17,865 nt of DNA from a candidate division WOR-3 bacterium (GTDB taxonomy: Bacteria; Hydrothermota; Tepidihabitantia; Tepidihabitantales; JAOUPE01), in NCBI GenBank assembly GCA_039801565.1, contig JBDRUX010000047.1, positions 1 through 17,865 on the forward strand. The letters run 5' to 3'. The translations under genes and the position numbers were made by a program. The stretch's first letter is position 1; every line of letters begins with the position of its first letter. The notes under the pieces were generated by a model. That model worked only from the letters and a program-made list of their open reading frames with translations, was not told the DNA's origin and ran no database searches. This document shows positions 1 through 8,677 of the stretch, piece after piece.

Positions 1-167
1 CCACCGGCACCACAAGAACGAGTCTAGCCGGCAATGATATAGCCGCCATCGGTTGTCTGCTGAACTGAATACCCTACATCCCTATCCGAGCCGACGAAGG
101 TCTTATACCACTGCTGATTACCAATCGCATCGGTCTTGATTAAAAAGAAGATTAGGAGATTATTCGG
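1..167 (-). pseudogene. Fragment of a secreted beta-propeller repeat protein (xIKTD...W.KTFGG...[15 protein letters not shown] type), no start codon, internal TAG
   Basis: Manual translation from 167 down: [54 protein letters not shown], with TAG at 26..24. Runs off the left edge. Confidence 0.65.
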
Positions 168-170
168 CTA

Positions 171-1931
171 TTACTTTCCTCCTCCCACTCTTCCGGTATG
201 TTTTATATCATGGCGGAACATTGGCCAATCAGTATTCGCCAGCGTCTTATTGATTTTGAAAGCATAGATACCGTCTTCGGATGCAGCATAAATCCACCCG
301 TTCGGACCAATCACCGGTGAGGATTTTACATCAAGTTGTTTTCTGCCCTTAGTCATTCCCAATTTCCAGGTTCTTCCAGTTTCGTTGCCAGTTGTAGCAT
401 TAACCTCAACCAAATAGTTGTCATCACCAACATAGTAGAGGAACCCATCAGTACTAATGGCAACTGATGAGGTTATTTCACCGTGCGAATGGGCAACCGC
501 CCATACCCCGGTTAAATCAGGATTAAGGCAATAGAGTTTAGCGTCATCACAACCAAAAAAGATTTTACCGTTCTGACCAACCGATGGCGAGGCACGCACC
601 TCCGCAGCTAATAAGTAAGTTGTGTAACTGACGCCGTTAGTATCAAGGGCATAGAATAGGGTATCGCCAGCCGCAAAATAGATTTTACTGCCACTGATTG
701 CTGGTGAAGAGACAATTGGGGCGTTGGTAACGAAGGTATGCCTTTCGGTACCATCTGGATTGAGGATATAGATTCTACCCGAATCACCTTCGTCGCCAAA
801 GATTATTGCACCATCACTGGCAATAGCCGGTGAAGCCGTAATTCCTGCCGATGTACCATACGCCCAAGCCAAAGTACCGTCGGCGGTATTAATTGCAAAT
901 AAAGTATCGTTGTCAGAACCGATATAGATTCGGTCGCCCGTAGCATTAATTGCTGGTGAAGAATAGAAACTGCCGGAGGCGACAAATGGTGTCCATTTGG
1001 CTGTTCCATTGGTTGAATTTATCGCATGGAGCTTACCCTCTTCATCCCCAATATAAATTGTGCCATCTGGTCCAATGCAGGGTGACGAATTAAAGGAAGC
1101 ACCGGTCCAGTTGGCAGTGTCAGGATATCGCCACCTAAAAGTGCCTAAACTATCCAGGCAATAAACAAATCCATCATCACAACCAATAACAATATGGGTT
1201 ACTCGGTTTTGGGCATTTGTGATTAGAGCCGGTGATGAGATAAACTCTTCATTAGTAATATAGGACCAGACCCCAGCACTAACGACAAATTGGAAGGCAT
1301 CCGAGGTGTCGGAAATATTGCCAAGTTTATCTTTGGCAACCGCCTTAATGGCAAAGGTATCTTCGGTAGTATAAGTAATGGTATCTTGAATAGTATCGCC
1401 GCTGGCATAAAATCTTGTCCAGGTTGGGGTTCGACCGTCACCCCAGAAGAACTTGACTGCAACACTATCGCTCTCCGGGTCAGTAACGATGGTTTTAAAG
1501 GTATAGCGAATATTAGGCTGACCAAATGGAGGACCAATGATAGTTGGTTTTCGAGGCGGAGCGTTTGGGACGACACGCACAGTGCACGGTGGAGACCATT
1601 CCTTAGAAAGTGCATTCTTTTCATCTTGAGCCCTAACCTTGACTACATAAGTTCCGGTATCAGCCCAAGCATGAGTTTTCTTGGCTATGCTATCGCTTGG
1701 ATAATAGTCAGTGGTGTCTGTATTATTGTCACCCCAATCGAAGATGTAACGGATATCGTCACCATTTGGGTCATGAGCCTTAGTTTTGTATTCATTGGGG
1801 GCACCTTTCCCAACGAGATTTGGTCCATCTGGCTTATCCGGAGTCTCAGGCGCTTTATTCTTTTTACAACCAGCCGAAAAGAGGAGCATGACACCGATAA
1901 TTACGAAGAAGATGAAGGCCTTATGTTTCAT
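171..1931 (-). CDS. Lipoprotein with two PKD/Ig-like domains and a PQQ-like (BamB-type) beta-propeller
   Basis: 586 aa ORF. Signal peptide with lipobox FSAG-C; two PxxP.GP...Y.FDWGDG units; repeated SSPAI..DG.IY.GS.D..LYA motifs; C-terminal WPMFRHD..HTG; SD AAGGAGG just upstream of ATG. Confidence 0.85.
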   Translation of the reverse strand: MKHKAFIFFVIIGVMLLFSAGCKKNKAPETPDKPDGPNLVGKGAPNEYKTKAHDPNGDDIRYIFDWGDNNTDTTDYYPSDSIAKKTHAWADTGTYVVKVRAQDEKNALSKEWSPPCTVRVVPNAPPRKPTIIGPPFGQPNIRYTFKTIVTDPESDSVAVKFFWGDGRTPTWTRFYASGDTIQDTITYTTEDTFAIKAVAKDKLGNISDTSDAFQFVVSAGVWSYITNEEFISSPALITNAQNRVTHIVIGCDDGFVYCLDSLGTFRWRYPDTANWTGASFNSSPCIGPDGTIYIGDEEGKLHAINSTNGTAKWTPFVASGSFYSSPAINATGDRIYIGSDNDTLFAINTADGTLAWAYGTSAGITASPAIASDGAIIFGDEGDSGRIYILNPDGTERHTFVTNAPIVSSPAISGSKIYFAAGDTLFYALDTNGVSYTTYLLAAEVRASPSVGQNGKIFFGCDDAKLYCLNPDLTGVWAVAHSHGEITSSVAISTDGFLYYVGDDNYLVEVNATTGNETGRTWKLGMTKGRKQLDVKSSPVIGPNGWIYAASEDGIYAFKINKTLANTDWPMFRHDIKHTGRVGGGK

Positions 1932-1956
1932 TTAAACCTCCTTGTTTAAGGTATTT

Positions 1957-2127
1957 AAAAAAGAAAAAACCGATAAGATATAACGAACAACTATCTCTGG
2001 GCAATTTGCCCTTTTGCCCGAGATAGTCGTATTTTGGCTCACTATGGAAAGCAGACAGATGAGACCATAGTGCGCCTTTGCCGATAAATCCGTCAGAAAC
2101 GGATTTGTTGACAAGTTTGGCACTTGT
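1957..2127 (-). ncRNA. Candidate structured 5' leader or sRNA with four tandem hairpins and a U-rich tail
   Basis: Hairpins at 2111-2127, 2086-2106, 2036-2076 and 1987-2030; U-rich tract at 1969-1957; starts about 7 nt after the -10 box. Confidence 0.5.
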
Positions 2128-2133
2128 ATGTTA

Positions 2134-2161
2134 ATTTTAACTAAAACTTTGTAAATGTCAA
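2134..2161 (-). promoter_or_regulatory. Sigma70-type promoter for the structured leader and lipoprotein gene
   Basis: TTGACA (2161-2156), 16 nt, TAAAAT (2139-2134). Confidence 0.7.
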
Positions 2162-2170
2162 TAGGTAATT

Positions 2171-4633
2171 TTAAGACTCCTTTTCGATGGTTGGTTCTTT
2201 TGTCTCGGTGCGGAATTTTCGCCAATACTTGGCCAAACTGACCAGTTTCTTATTCACTAAATAGTTAACAGTTCCTTCGGGATAATTGCCATCTTTATCT
2301 TTTGTGCCGGCTTCGACGCCGGTAAGAATTTCAATCCCTTGGTCAATGTTTTCAATCGCATAGATATGAAACTTGCCTTGTTCAATTGCTTGAACAACAT
2401 CTTTGCGTAACATTAAATCTTCGATATTCTGTTTTGGGATGATTACTCCTTGGGAACCAGTGAGTCCTTTAGCTTTACAAACATCAAAAAAACCTTCAAT
2501 CTTTTGATTAACGCCACCAATCGGTTGAATTTCACCCTTTTGATTGACTGAACCGGTGACTGCAATGTCTTGCCGAATCGGTAATTCAGCCAGGCTGGAA
2601 AGGAGCGCATAGATTTCCGCCGAGGAGGCGCTATCGCCTTCCACACCGCTATAAGACTGCTCAAAACAGATGCTACCGCTCATCACCAGAGGTTTATCTT
2701 GGGCATATTTATCCCGCAAATAGCCCGAAAGGATTAAGACGCCTTTATCGTGGATCCGCCCGGAGAGCTGAGCTTCGCGTTCAATATTGATAATACCGGA
2801 AGTCCCAACTGAAGTCTTAGCCGTAATCCGAGATGGTCGGCCAAAAGAGTATTCACCAGTATCGTAAATCGAAAGGCCATTTACTTGCCCAATTACCGCA
2901 CCTTCGGTATCAATGAGAATTAGCCCTTGTTCAATCATCTCTTGAATCTTTTCTTCTAAGAGTCGTACCCGGTCGATTCGTTCTTCAATTGCTTTATCCA
3001 CATGTTTTCGGGTAACAATTTTCGAATTCTCCTTACCAGCAAGGTAGTTGGCCTCTTTTAAGATATCAGCAATGATATTGAATTTGGTCGAAATCTTATT
3101 CTTTCTGCCTGCCAGTCGAACTCCATATTCAATTACTGCGGCAACACCGGACGCCTCGAATGGTCGAAGTTTTTCTTTTTCGGCAATAGTTTTAATCACG
3201 GTGCTATATTGTTGCAACGCTTCGTTATTCAGATTCATTGTCCAGTCAAAGTCGGCACGGATCTTAAAGACCTTAGCAAAGTCTTCATCATAGGCATAAA
3301 GCAAAGAGTAAATATAAGGGTCACCAATCATAATCACCTTGACCGAGATTTCGATTGGTTCGGGTTTAAGGGCCGAAAGGGCTAAAAACGAGAATGGGTC
3401 GTAGCTTTGAATTTCCATTACCCGGTCACGCAAAGTTCGTTTCAATGCAGGCCAAACCCCGGGTTCGATTAAAGCATCTAATGCTTCGAGTACTAAATAT
3501 CCGCCATCGGCTCTTAAGAGTGAACCGGCTTTAATTTTGGTAAAATCAGTCCGCCATTGGCCACTGCGATCCCAAACCCGTTCGATTGTGCCAAAGAGAT
3601 TTTTGTAACTCGGAGCAGTCTCAAATATGACCGGTGCACCCTTCTCTTCGCTATTATCCACAATAACATTTACCCGATATTCTAAGAATGGGTCACCAAC
3701 CGGCATCTGCCCACTGGAACTAGGCTCCCTCTCGGTGGTTCGAAACAGGTCAAGATTTTCTAAAATGCTTGCCTCAACTTCATCCAAGTAATCGTTTACT
3801 TTTTCGTTTTTGTAATGCTCTCGGATTTCATTGATCCTTTCGGCTACGATTGGTTTAATCATTTCTTGGTCTAAGTTAGCCAGCGCTTCTCTGGTCTGCT
3901 TCTCAAAATCTCGAATCTCTTTAAAGATTGTTCCCAATTCTTCTGTTAACTCGAAATACTTTTGTTTAATCTTTTCATACTCTTCTTTCGATAGTTTTTC
4001 TTCTTCTACCGCGGCGGCTAAATCAGATAATTTAATGGGCGTTTTATCAATAACCGGTACTAACTCCGGACGGGCAAAAGGAACAGTTGAGACTAAGGTG
4101 AAACCAGCTTGAGCGACTTTTTTTTCAAATTCCCGCACCTTGGCACTGCCTCTTTCTTTAAACCCTTCAACAATTTCGGTCTTTCGTTTCTGATACCGTT
4201 CCGACTCTAAGATTAAAGGAATATTCTTTACCAAATAGTCAATCAAATTGTCCATATCTTTTTGGAATCGCCGCCCTTTACCGGCTGGCAGGCGAATCAA
4301 TCTCGGCATATCGGGATTACGAAAATTATTCACATAGCATTTGTCATCCGGTACCTTCTTGTCTTTTTCAATCTCATCTAACAGGCATCTAACAGTTGTA
4401 GTCCGACCAGTCCCAACTGGTCCGGTAACAAAAATGTTATAACCCAAACTTTCAATTTCCAAACCCATTCTCAAGGCATCAACCGCCCGGCGTTGTCCCA
4501 CAATTCGGGCACAGGGTTTAAGTTCTTCGGTGGTTTTAAATCCTAAAAGCTCTGGGTCGCAATACCAACGAAGTTTCTCTTTTGGTACTTTAAACTGGGT
4601 CAATAGTTTATTATCTTTATACCTACTTTTCAT
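2171..4633 (-). CDS. Lon-family protease, LonC/AAA_32 type (S16 Ser-Lys dyad)
   Basis: GVEGDSASSAE (catalytic Ser), QPIGGVNQKIEGFF (catalytic Lys), GQVNGLS, Walker A-like GPVGTGRTT, long coiled-coil insert. Start placed at ATG 4633 because GGAGG precedes it and the ORF-track start at 4672 overlaps the -10 box. Confidence 0.92.
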   Translation of the reverse strand: MKSRYKDNKLLTQFKVPKEKLRWYCDPELLGFKTTEELKPCARIVGQRRAVDALRMGLEIESLGYNIFVTGPVGTGRTTTVRCLLDEIEKDKKVPDDKCYVNNFRNPDMPRLIRLPAGKGRRFQKDMDNLIDYLVKNIPLILESERYQKRKTEIVEGFKERGSAKVREFEKKVAQAGFTLVSTVPFARPELVPVIDKTPIKLSDLAAAVEEEKLSKEEYEKIKQKYFELTEELGTIFKEIRDFEKQTREALANLDQEMIKPIVAERINEIREHYKNEKVNDYLDEVEASILENLDLFRTTEREPSSSGQMPVGDPFLEYRVNVIVDNSEEKGAPVIFETAPSYKNLFGTIERVWDRSGQWRTDFTKIKAGSLLRADGGYLVLEALDALIEPGVWPALKRTLRDRVMEIQSYDPFSFLALSALKPEPIEISVKVIMIGDPYIYSLLYAYDEDFAKVFKIRADFDWTMNLNNEALQQYSTVIKTIAEKEKLRPFEASGVAAVIEYGVRLAGRKNKISTKFNIIADILKEANYLAGKENSKIVTRKHVDKAIEERIDRVRLLEEKIQEMIEQGLILIDTEGAVIGQVNGLSIYDTGEYSFGRPSRITAKTSVGTSGIINIEREAQLSGRIHDKGVLILSGYLRDKYAQDKPLVMSGSICFEQSYSGVEGDSASSAEIYALLSSLAELPIRQDIAVTGSVNQKGEIQPIGGVNQKIEGFFDVCKAKGLTGSQGVIIPKQNIEDLMLRKDVVQAIEQGKFHIYAIENIDQGIEILTGVEAGTKDKDGNYPEGTVNYLVNKKLVSLAKYWRKFRTETKEPTIEKES

Positions 4634-4670
4634 TTTGCCTCCGATGAATGTAAAAACATCTACTTTCAGC

Positions 4671-4698
4671 ATTTTATTCAGAATTCATTCAAGGTCAA
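4671..4698 (-). promoter_or_regulatory. Sigma70-type promoter of the Lon gene
   Basis: TTGACC (4698-4693), 16 nt, TAAAAT (4676-4671). Confidence 0.6.
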
Positions 4699-5015
4699 TA
4701 GCTTTGTTTTGAAGGCATTGAATAAAGATAGGCCCGAGTGGCATTGAATATTTCCGAAAGGGATAATTCAAGTGACTATATTAGGCAATTCCCAAAAATA
4801 GAATTCGGAAAGGATTTCCAACTCCGAAGAGAAAAAGAGATGATTGATATGTCTACACAAAACCAGCTGGATAGCAAAAATTATTCTGAAGAAATATGTT
4901 AAGCCTTTTGCCGTCTCTTCAAGGAAATAAACTTCTTACTTTATAAAACATTACTTAAAAGTGCGAATATCATTCTTTTTACCACTTGATATTTCAGGTC
5001 TTATATTAAATTCGC

Positions 5016-6060
5016 GAGATATAATCAAATTTTGGGGAGATTGTAAGACGATGATTTTGGTATAATGAAAAGTTAGTGCCAACAAAAACAGCACCAGTAG
5101 CAAGGAATAAACAATGAAAGACTATGTTAAAAACCAAAGAAAGTCCAGGGGTATGGCAGACCGAAAACAGAGCCGACCAGCTTTGGAAACTCAAAAAGGA
5201 GCTCAAACGCGAAGTTAATTGTCTTTTGGACGAAACTGAACTAAACGGTGCCCAAAACTCAATTAATCACGCCTTAGAGATAGAATGCGATCAGTTTTTA
5301 GGCCGAGCCGGTTACGAAAGGTTGACGGAAAAGCCTTCCGTGGCTATCGCAGCGGTTATAGTGAAAGAACCGTGACTTTGGATTGTGGTCAGGTATCAAT
5401 CAAGATACCAAGAATATTCTTTTGCCCAGAGCCATTCAAGTCAGCACCGCTGCCGCCTATCTGTAAACCGGTCAAAAAGTCCTTGATACACTACCCCAAA
5501 CTCTATGGCTTATCGGACGGTGACTTTTCAGCCGGCTTTAAGTGATTCCTCAAATCATTTGATCACGCCACTACTTTTATGTATGAGCAATACATTAAGT
5601 TTCATAATTAGCCTTTGGATTCTTGTTATGCCGATATTTTTACTGATTAGGATCTATCTGAGCGTTGGATTAAATTATGACGGTCTGGGTATTTTAGTGG
5701 TCGTTGGGGTAAATAAAGATTGCAAGAAGGGATTATTAGCGATGTCACCTGGCTATTGGGGAGAGTTATGATAATTGGCTGACTATATTTTGGAATTTCC
5801 GGAAGCGGGGTGTTAGCTCGATTAGGTTAGTAGTAGCTGATGGTATCTAAGGGTTAGGGCGAGGGGTCAATAATGAAGTATTTTCTGAGGAAACATTGGG
5901 CTCTATCTCAAGACGTCGAACCTGGTTGAATCACCATTCGCGTGGATACGGCAGCGGTAAATTGCTGGGGTGAAGTATCGGAATGGTATTGAAATCAGGA
6001 CACAAAAGGAGGTTGCTTTATGGTAGTCCAATAATTTCCCCAAATATTGGCCAGAAACTC
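5016..6060 (+). mobile_element. Degraded IS256-family insertion sequence
   Basis: Contains transposase remnants. Imperfect terminal IRs: GAGATATAATCAAATTTTGGGGAGATT from 5016 versus right-end reverse complement GAGTTTCTGGCCAATATTTGGGGAAATT ending 6060. No target duplication visible. Confidence 0.7.
5124..6026 (+). pseudogene. IS256-family (Mutator-type DDE) transposase pseudogene, frameshifted and internally deleted
   Basis: Pieces in different frames: ECDQFLGRAGYER; YRSGYSERTVTLDCGQVSIKIPR; LYGLSDGDF; ILVVVGVNKDCKKGLLAMSPGY; VVADGI*G; LKTSNLVESPFAWIRQR; AGVKYRNGIE. Confidence 0.85.
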
Positions 6061-6180
6061 AAGCAGGTAGCAGGTATGGCTACGTACAAGAAAATTATCG
6101 AGGACCAATTTCTAAGTTCCCAACAAATTCCAATTAAAATTTAAAAATGGTTATAACATCGTCATTCAAAAATCAAAGTC

Positions 6181-6208
6181 TTGACTAACTTCAAATTTTA
6201 ATAATAAT
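6181..6208 (+). promoter_or_regulatory. Possible sigma70 promoter of truA
   Basis: TTGACT (6181-6186), 16 nt, AATAAT (6203-6208); the -10 is imperfect. Confidence 0.4.
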
Positions 6209-6270
6209 GCTATTCGGATAAATTGCAAATTTGCTATCTAACCGAAGATTTACGGCGATAAAGGTTATTG

Positions 6271-6999
6271 ATGCGCAATATATTCCTCGAGATTGAATAC
6301 GATGGAACTGATTATTTTGGTTGGCAATCACAACCCAAACGAAAAACAATTCAGGGTACAATCGAACAAGCCTTGGGAAAAATTCTCCAAGAACCGGTAT
6401 CGCTCATCGGGGCCTCCCGGACCGACGCTGGGGTCTCGGCTCTTGGCCAGTGCGCTAACTTCATAACCAAAAGTCAACTTTCGGTGGAAAGAATTCAATC
6501 GGCCCTTAATTCACTATTACCAAAAGACATTTACATTCGCCGCGCTTACCAAGTCCATCTTTTATTCAATGCTCGGTTGGAAGCTAAAAGTAAAATTTAT
6601 CGCTATCGAATTATCGTTGGGCGTTCGCCTTTGGAACGAAGATTTGCTTGGGAAGTAAAGTATCCACTCGATTTAGACAGGATGCGCCAAGCCGCCAAAC
6701 TATTTTTAGGCGAAAAAGATTATCAACATTTCTGCGCCGTTAAAGTTACCAGTCCAAACGATGCTATAGTTAATATCAAAGAGATTAATATTAAGGAGAA
6801 AGAAAGTCACATAACGATTGACATCGAAGCGAACCGGTTCTTATACAAAATGGTTCGCAGAATTGTTGGTTGTTTAGTTGATGTTGGCCGGGGCAAAATA
6901 ACCAAAAACGATATTAAATTCGCCTTGGTTGGGAAACCCCATCCACCTTTTATCACAGCACCAGCTAACGGTCTTATCCTCTTAACAGTGAGATATTGA
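6271..6999 (+). CDS. truA: tRNA pseudouridine(38-40) synthase TruA
   Basis: IEYDGTDYFGWQSQ, GASRTDAGVSA (catalytic Asp), FLYKMVRRIVG, TAPANGLIL. ATG at 6271; TTG at 6268 is an alternative. Confidence 0.96.
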   Translation: MRNIFLEIEYDGTDYFGWQSQPKRKTIQGTIEQALGKILQEPVSLIGASRTDAGVSALGQCANFITKSQLSVERIQSALNSLLPKDIYIRRAYQVHLLFNARLEAKSKIYRYRIIVGRSPLERRFAWEVKYPLDLDRMRQAAKLFLGEKDYQHFCAVKVTSPNDAIVNIKEINIKEKESHITIDIEANRFLYKMVRRIVGCLVDVGRGKITKNDIKFALVGKPHPPFITAPANGLILLTVRY

Positions 7000-7012
7000 T
7001 ACCGACCGATTA

Positions 7013-7066
7013 AAATTGGTTAAAGGTTTAAAATGGTTTAAATCGCTCAAGGAGTCAAAGAGTTTA
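7013..7066 (+). repeat. Degenerate 8-9 bp tandem repeat (AAAnGGTTT-like)
   Basis: aaattggtt / aaaggttta / aaatggttt / aaatcgctc / aaggagtc / aaagagttt. Confidence 0.4.
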
Positions 7067-7080
7067 GAAAAATCGCCCAA

Positions 7081-7109
7081 TTGACTTAATTTCCCTTTTG
7101 GAATAAAAT
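7081..7109 (+). promoter_or_regulatory. Sigma70-type promoter of the DUF4139 gene
   Basis: TTGACT (7081-7086), 17 nt, TAAAAT (7104-7109). Confidence 0.6.
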
Positions 7110-7152
7110 TGACTGGATAATTGTATCTAAATATATAAACCAAGGAGGCTTT

Positions 7153-8568
7153 ATGGAGCAATGTAAATTAAATTTTATTCTATCCATTGTCTTGATGTGG
7201 TCAATTGGTCTATTCGCCCAAGTGGAACTAACAGTCTACAACCAAAATCTTGGGTTGGTTAAAGAACAGCGAACAATCCGGTTGAAAAAAGGTTTAAATG
7301 AAATAAATTTCACCGATGTCGCATCCCAAATTGATGCTACCAGTGTTCATTTCAAATCCATCACTGCACCCGATGCCGTAACTGTTTTGGAACAGAATTT
7401 TGAGTATGACTTGGTGAGCCGGGATAAACTCTTACAGAAGTATATTGATAAAGAGATTGAGATGGTGCGGAGATTTGGTGTCAGCGGCGAGAAGGTTGAA
7501 ACCTTAAAAGGTACTTTGCTTTCAACTCGGGATGGCTTAACGCTAAAAGTTGGCGATAATATCTACTTAAATCCAACTGGCGAAGTAATCCTAGCAAAGT
7601 TGCCGGAGGGTTTTGTCACGAAGCCGACTCTGAATTGGCTTCTAAATTCGGAACAAGCCGGTGAACATAAAGTTGAAGTTGGTTATTTAACCAACGGTAT
7701 TAACTGGAATGCCGACTATGTAATCGTAGTGGATAAGGATGATAAAAAAATTGACTTGAACGGTTGGGTGACGATTAATAATCAATCCGGGGCAACTTAT
7801 CGGGATGCAAAGTTGAAACTGATTGCTGGTGATATCCATCGAGTCAGCCCACCTTCAGTTCCTACTTATGACCGGATGCTATTTGCCGAAAAAGCAGCCG
7901 CTGCACCGCAATTTGAAGAAAAACCTTTTTTTGAATATCATATGTACACCTTACAACGCACTACCACTATCCGCGATAACGAAACGAAGCAGATTGAATT
8001 TGCCCAAGCCAGTCAAGTCCCAGTGAGAAAACTCTTTATTTATGATGGGTCGCGAATTCCTTTCTACGGCTATAGTCAGTACTCAAGAGCTGATCAGCGT
8101 TTTGGTACGCAAAGTAATAAAGAGGTGATGGTGATGCTGGAATTTAAAAACTCAAAAGATAATAATCTTGGTATCCCTTTACCCAAAGGTAGGATGCGGG
8201 TTTATAAGGAAGATACCGATAAGACCTTACAATTTATTGGTGAAGATTGGATTGAACATACCCCAAAAGATGAACCAGTGCGGATTTATTTGGGCAATGC
8301 CTTTGATATTGTTGGGGAAAGAGCGCAAACCGATTTCAAGCGAGGCGACGACTGGGTAATCGAATCCTATAAGATTACCTTGCGAAATCATAAAGATGAC
8401 GCAGTTGAGATAAAAGTTGTCGAACACCTTTATCGTTGGTCGAATTGGAAGATTATTGAAAAATCTCAAGACTATGAAAAACGGGATGCTCGGACTATAG
8501 AATTTACTCTACCAATTCCTGCTAATAGTGAACGGGCAATAACCTACACCGTTCGGTATTGGTGGTAA
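7153..8568 (+). CDS. Secreted DUF4139 domain-containing protein
   Basis: 471 aa. Signal peptide; LTVYNQNLGLVKEQR, VLEQNFEYDL, YLTNGINWNADY, FEYHMYTL, GIPLPKGRMRVY, FIGEDWIEHTP; SD AAGGAGG. Confidence 0.88.
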   Translation: MEQCKLNFILSIVLMWSIGLFAQVELTVYNQNLGLVKEQRTIRLKKGLNEINFTDVASQIDATSVHFKSITAPDAVTVLEQNFEYDLVSRDKLLQKYIDKEIEMVRRFGVSGEKVETLKGTLLSTRDGLTLKVGDNIYLNPTGEVILAKLPEGFVTKPTLNWLLNSEQAGEHKVEVGYLTNGINWNADYVIVVDKDDKKIDLNGWVTINNQSGATYRDAKLKLIAGDIHRVSPPSVPTYDRMLFAEKAAAAPQFEEKPFFEYHMYTLQRTTTIRDNETKQIEFAQASQVPVRKLFIYDGSRIPFYGYSQYSRADQRFGTQSNKEVMVMLEFKNSKDNNLGIPLPKGRMRVYKEDTDKTLQFIGEDWIEHTPKDEPVRIYLGNAFDIVGERAQTDFKRGDDWVIESYKITLRNHKDDAVEIKVVEHLYRWSNWKIIEKSQDYEKRDARTIEFTLPIPANSERAITYTVRYWW

Positions 8569-8677
8569 TTGGATAAAATCGCAGCCTTATTCTTTTGACT
8601 TGGCTGCAGAGCCTGGGGAGAAAAATTTAGTTGAACTACCGGTTTTGGTGAATTTAGCAAAGGTGAATTACCTGGTT

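Noticed and set aside
24..26. TAG recoding (pyrrolysine or alternative code)
   Set aside because: Single case in a start-less fragment; TAG is a normal stop for the M28 gene and no pyl genes are in the window.
608..1949. Nested and antisense ORFs within the lipoprotein gene, and similar ones inside lon, DUF4139, YVTN and M28 genes
   Set aside because: Shadow frames of well-supported genes with no family motifs.
1990..2030. GGGCAAA motifs suggesting a c-di-GMP-I riboswitch
   Set aside because: No GNRA-capped P2, tetraloop receptor or P3 arrangement; the motifs sit inside one long hairpin.
1932..2225. 97-aa minus-strand ORF
   Set aside because: Overlaps the Lon 3' end, a promoter and the hairpin leader; no recognisable motif.
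4634..4672. ORF-track N-terminal extension of Lon (MLKVDVFTFIGGK)
   Set aside because: That ATG overlaps the predicted -10 box, and ATG 4633 has a GGAGG SD.
4725..4845. SAM-I riboswitch-like words (GGCCCGA, GCAATTCC, AGATGA)
   Set aside because: Core AUC.AGAG/GAGGGA and GCAACC elements and P1 pairing are missing; no methionine-related gene follows.
4738..4902. Short ORF with four-helix-bundle-like words (VALNISE, FPK...QLRR)
   Set aside because: Motifs are in the wrong order and there is no SD; probably chance.
8581..8607. Hairpin GCAGCC-N15-GGCTGC between convergent genes as a terminator
   Set aside because: 6-bp stem, large loop and no adjacent U-tract on either strand.
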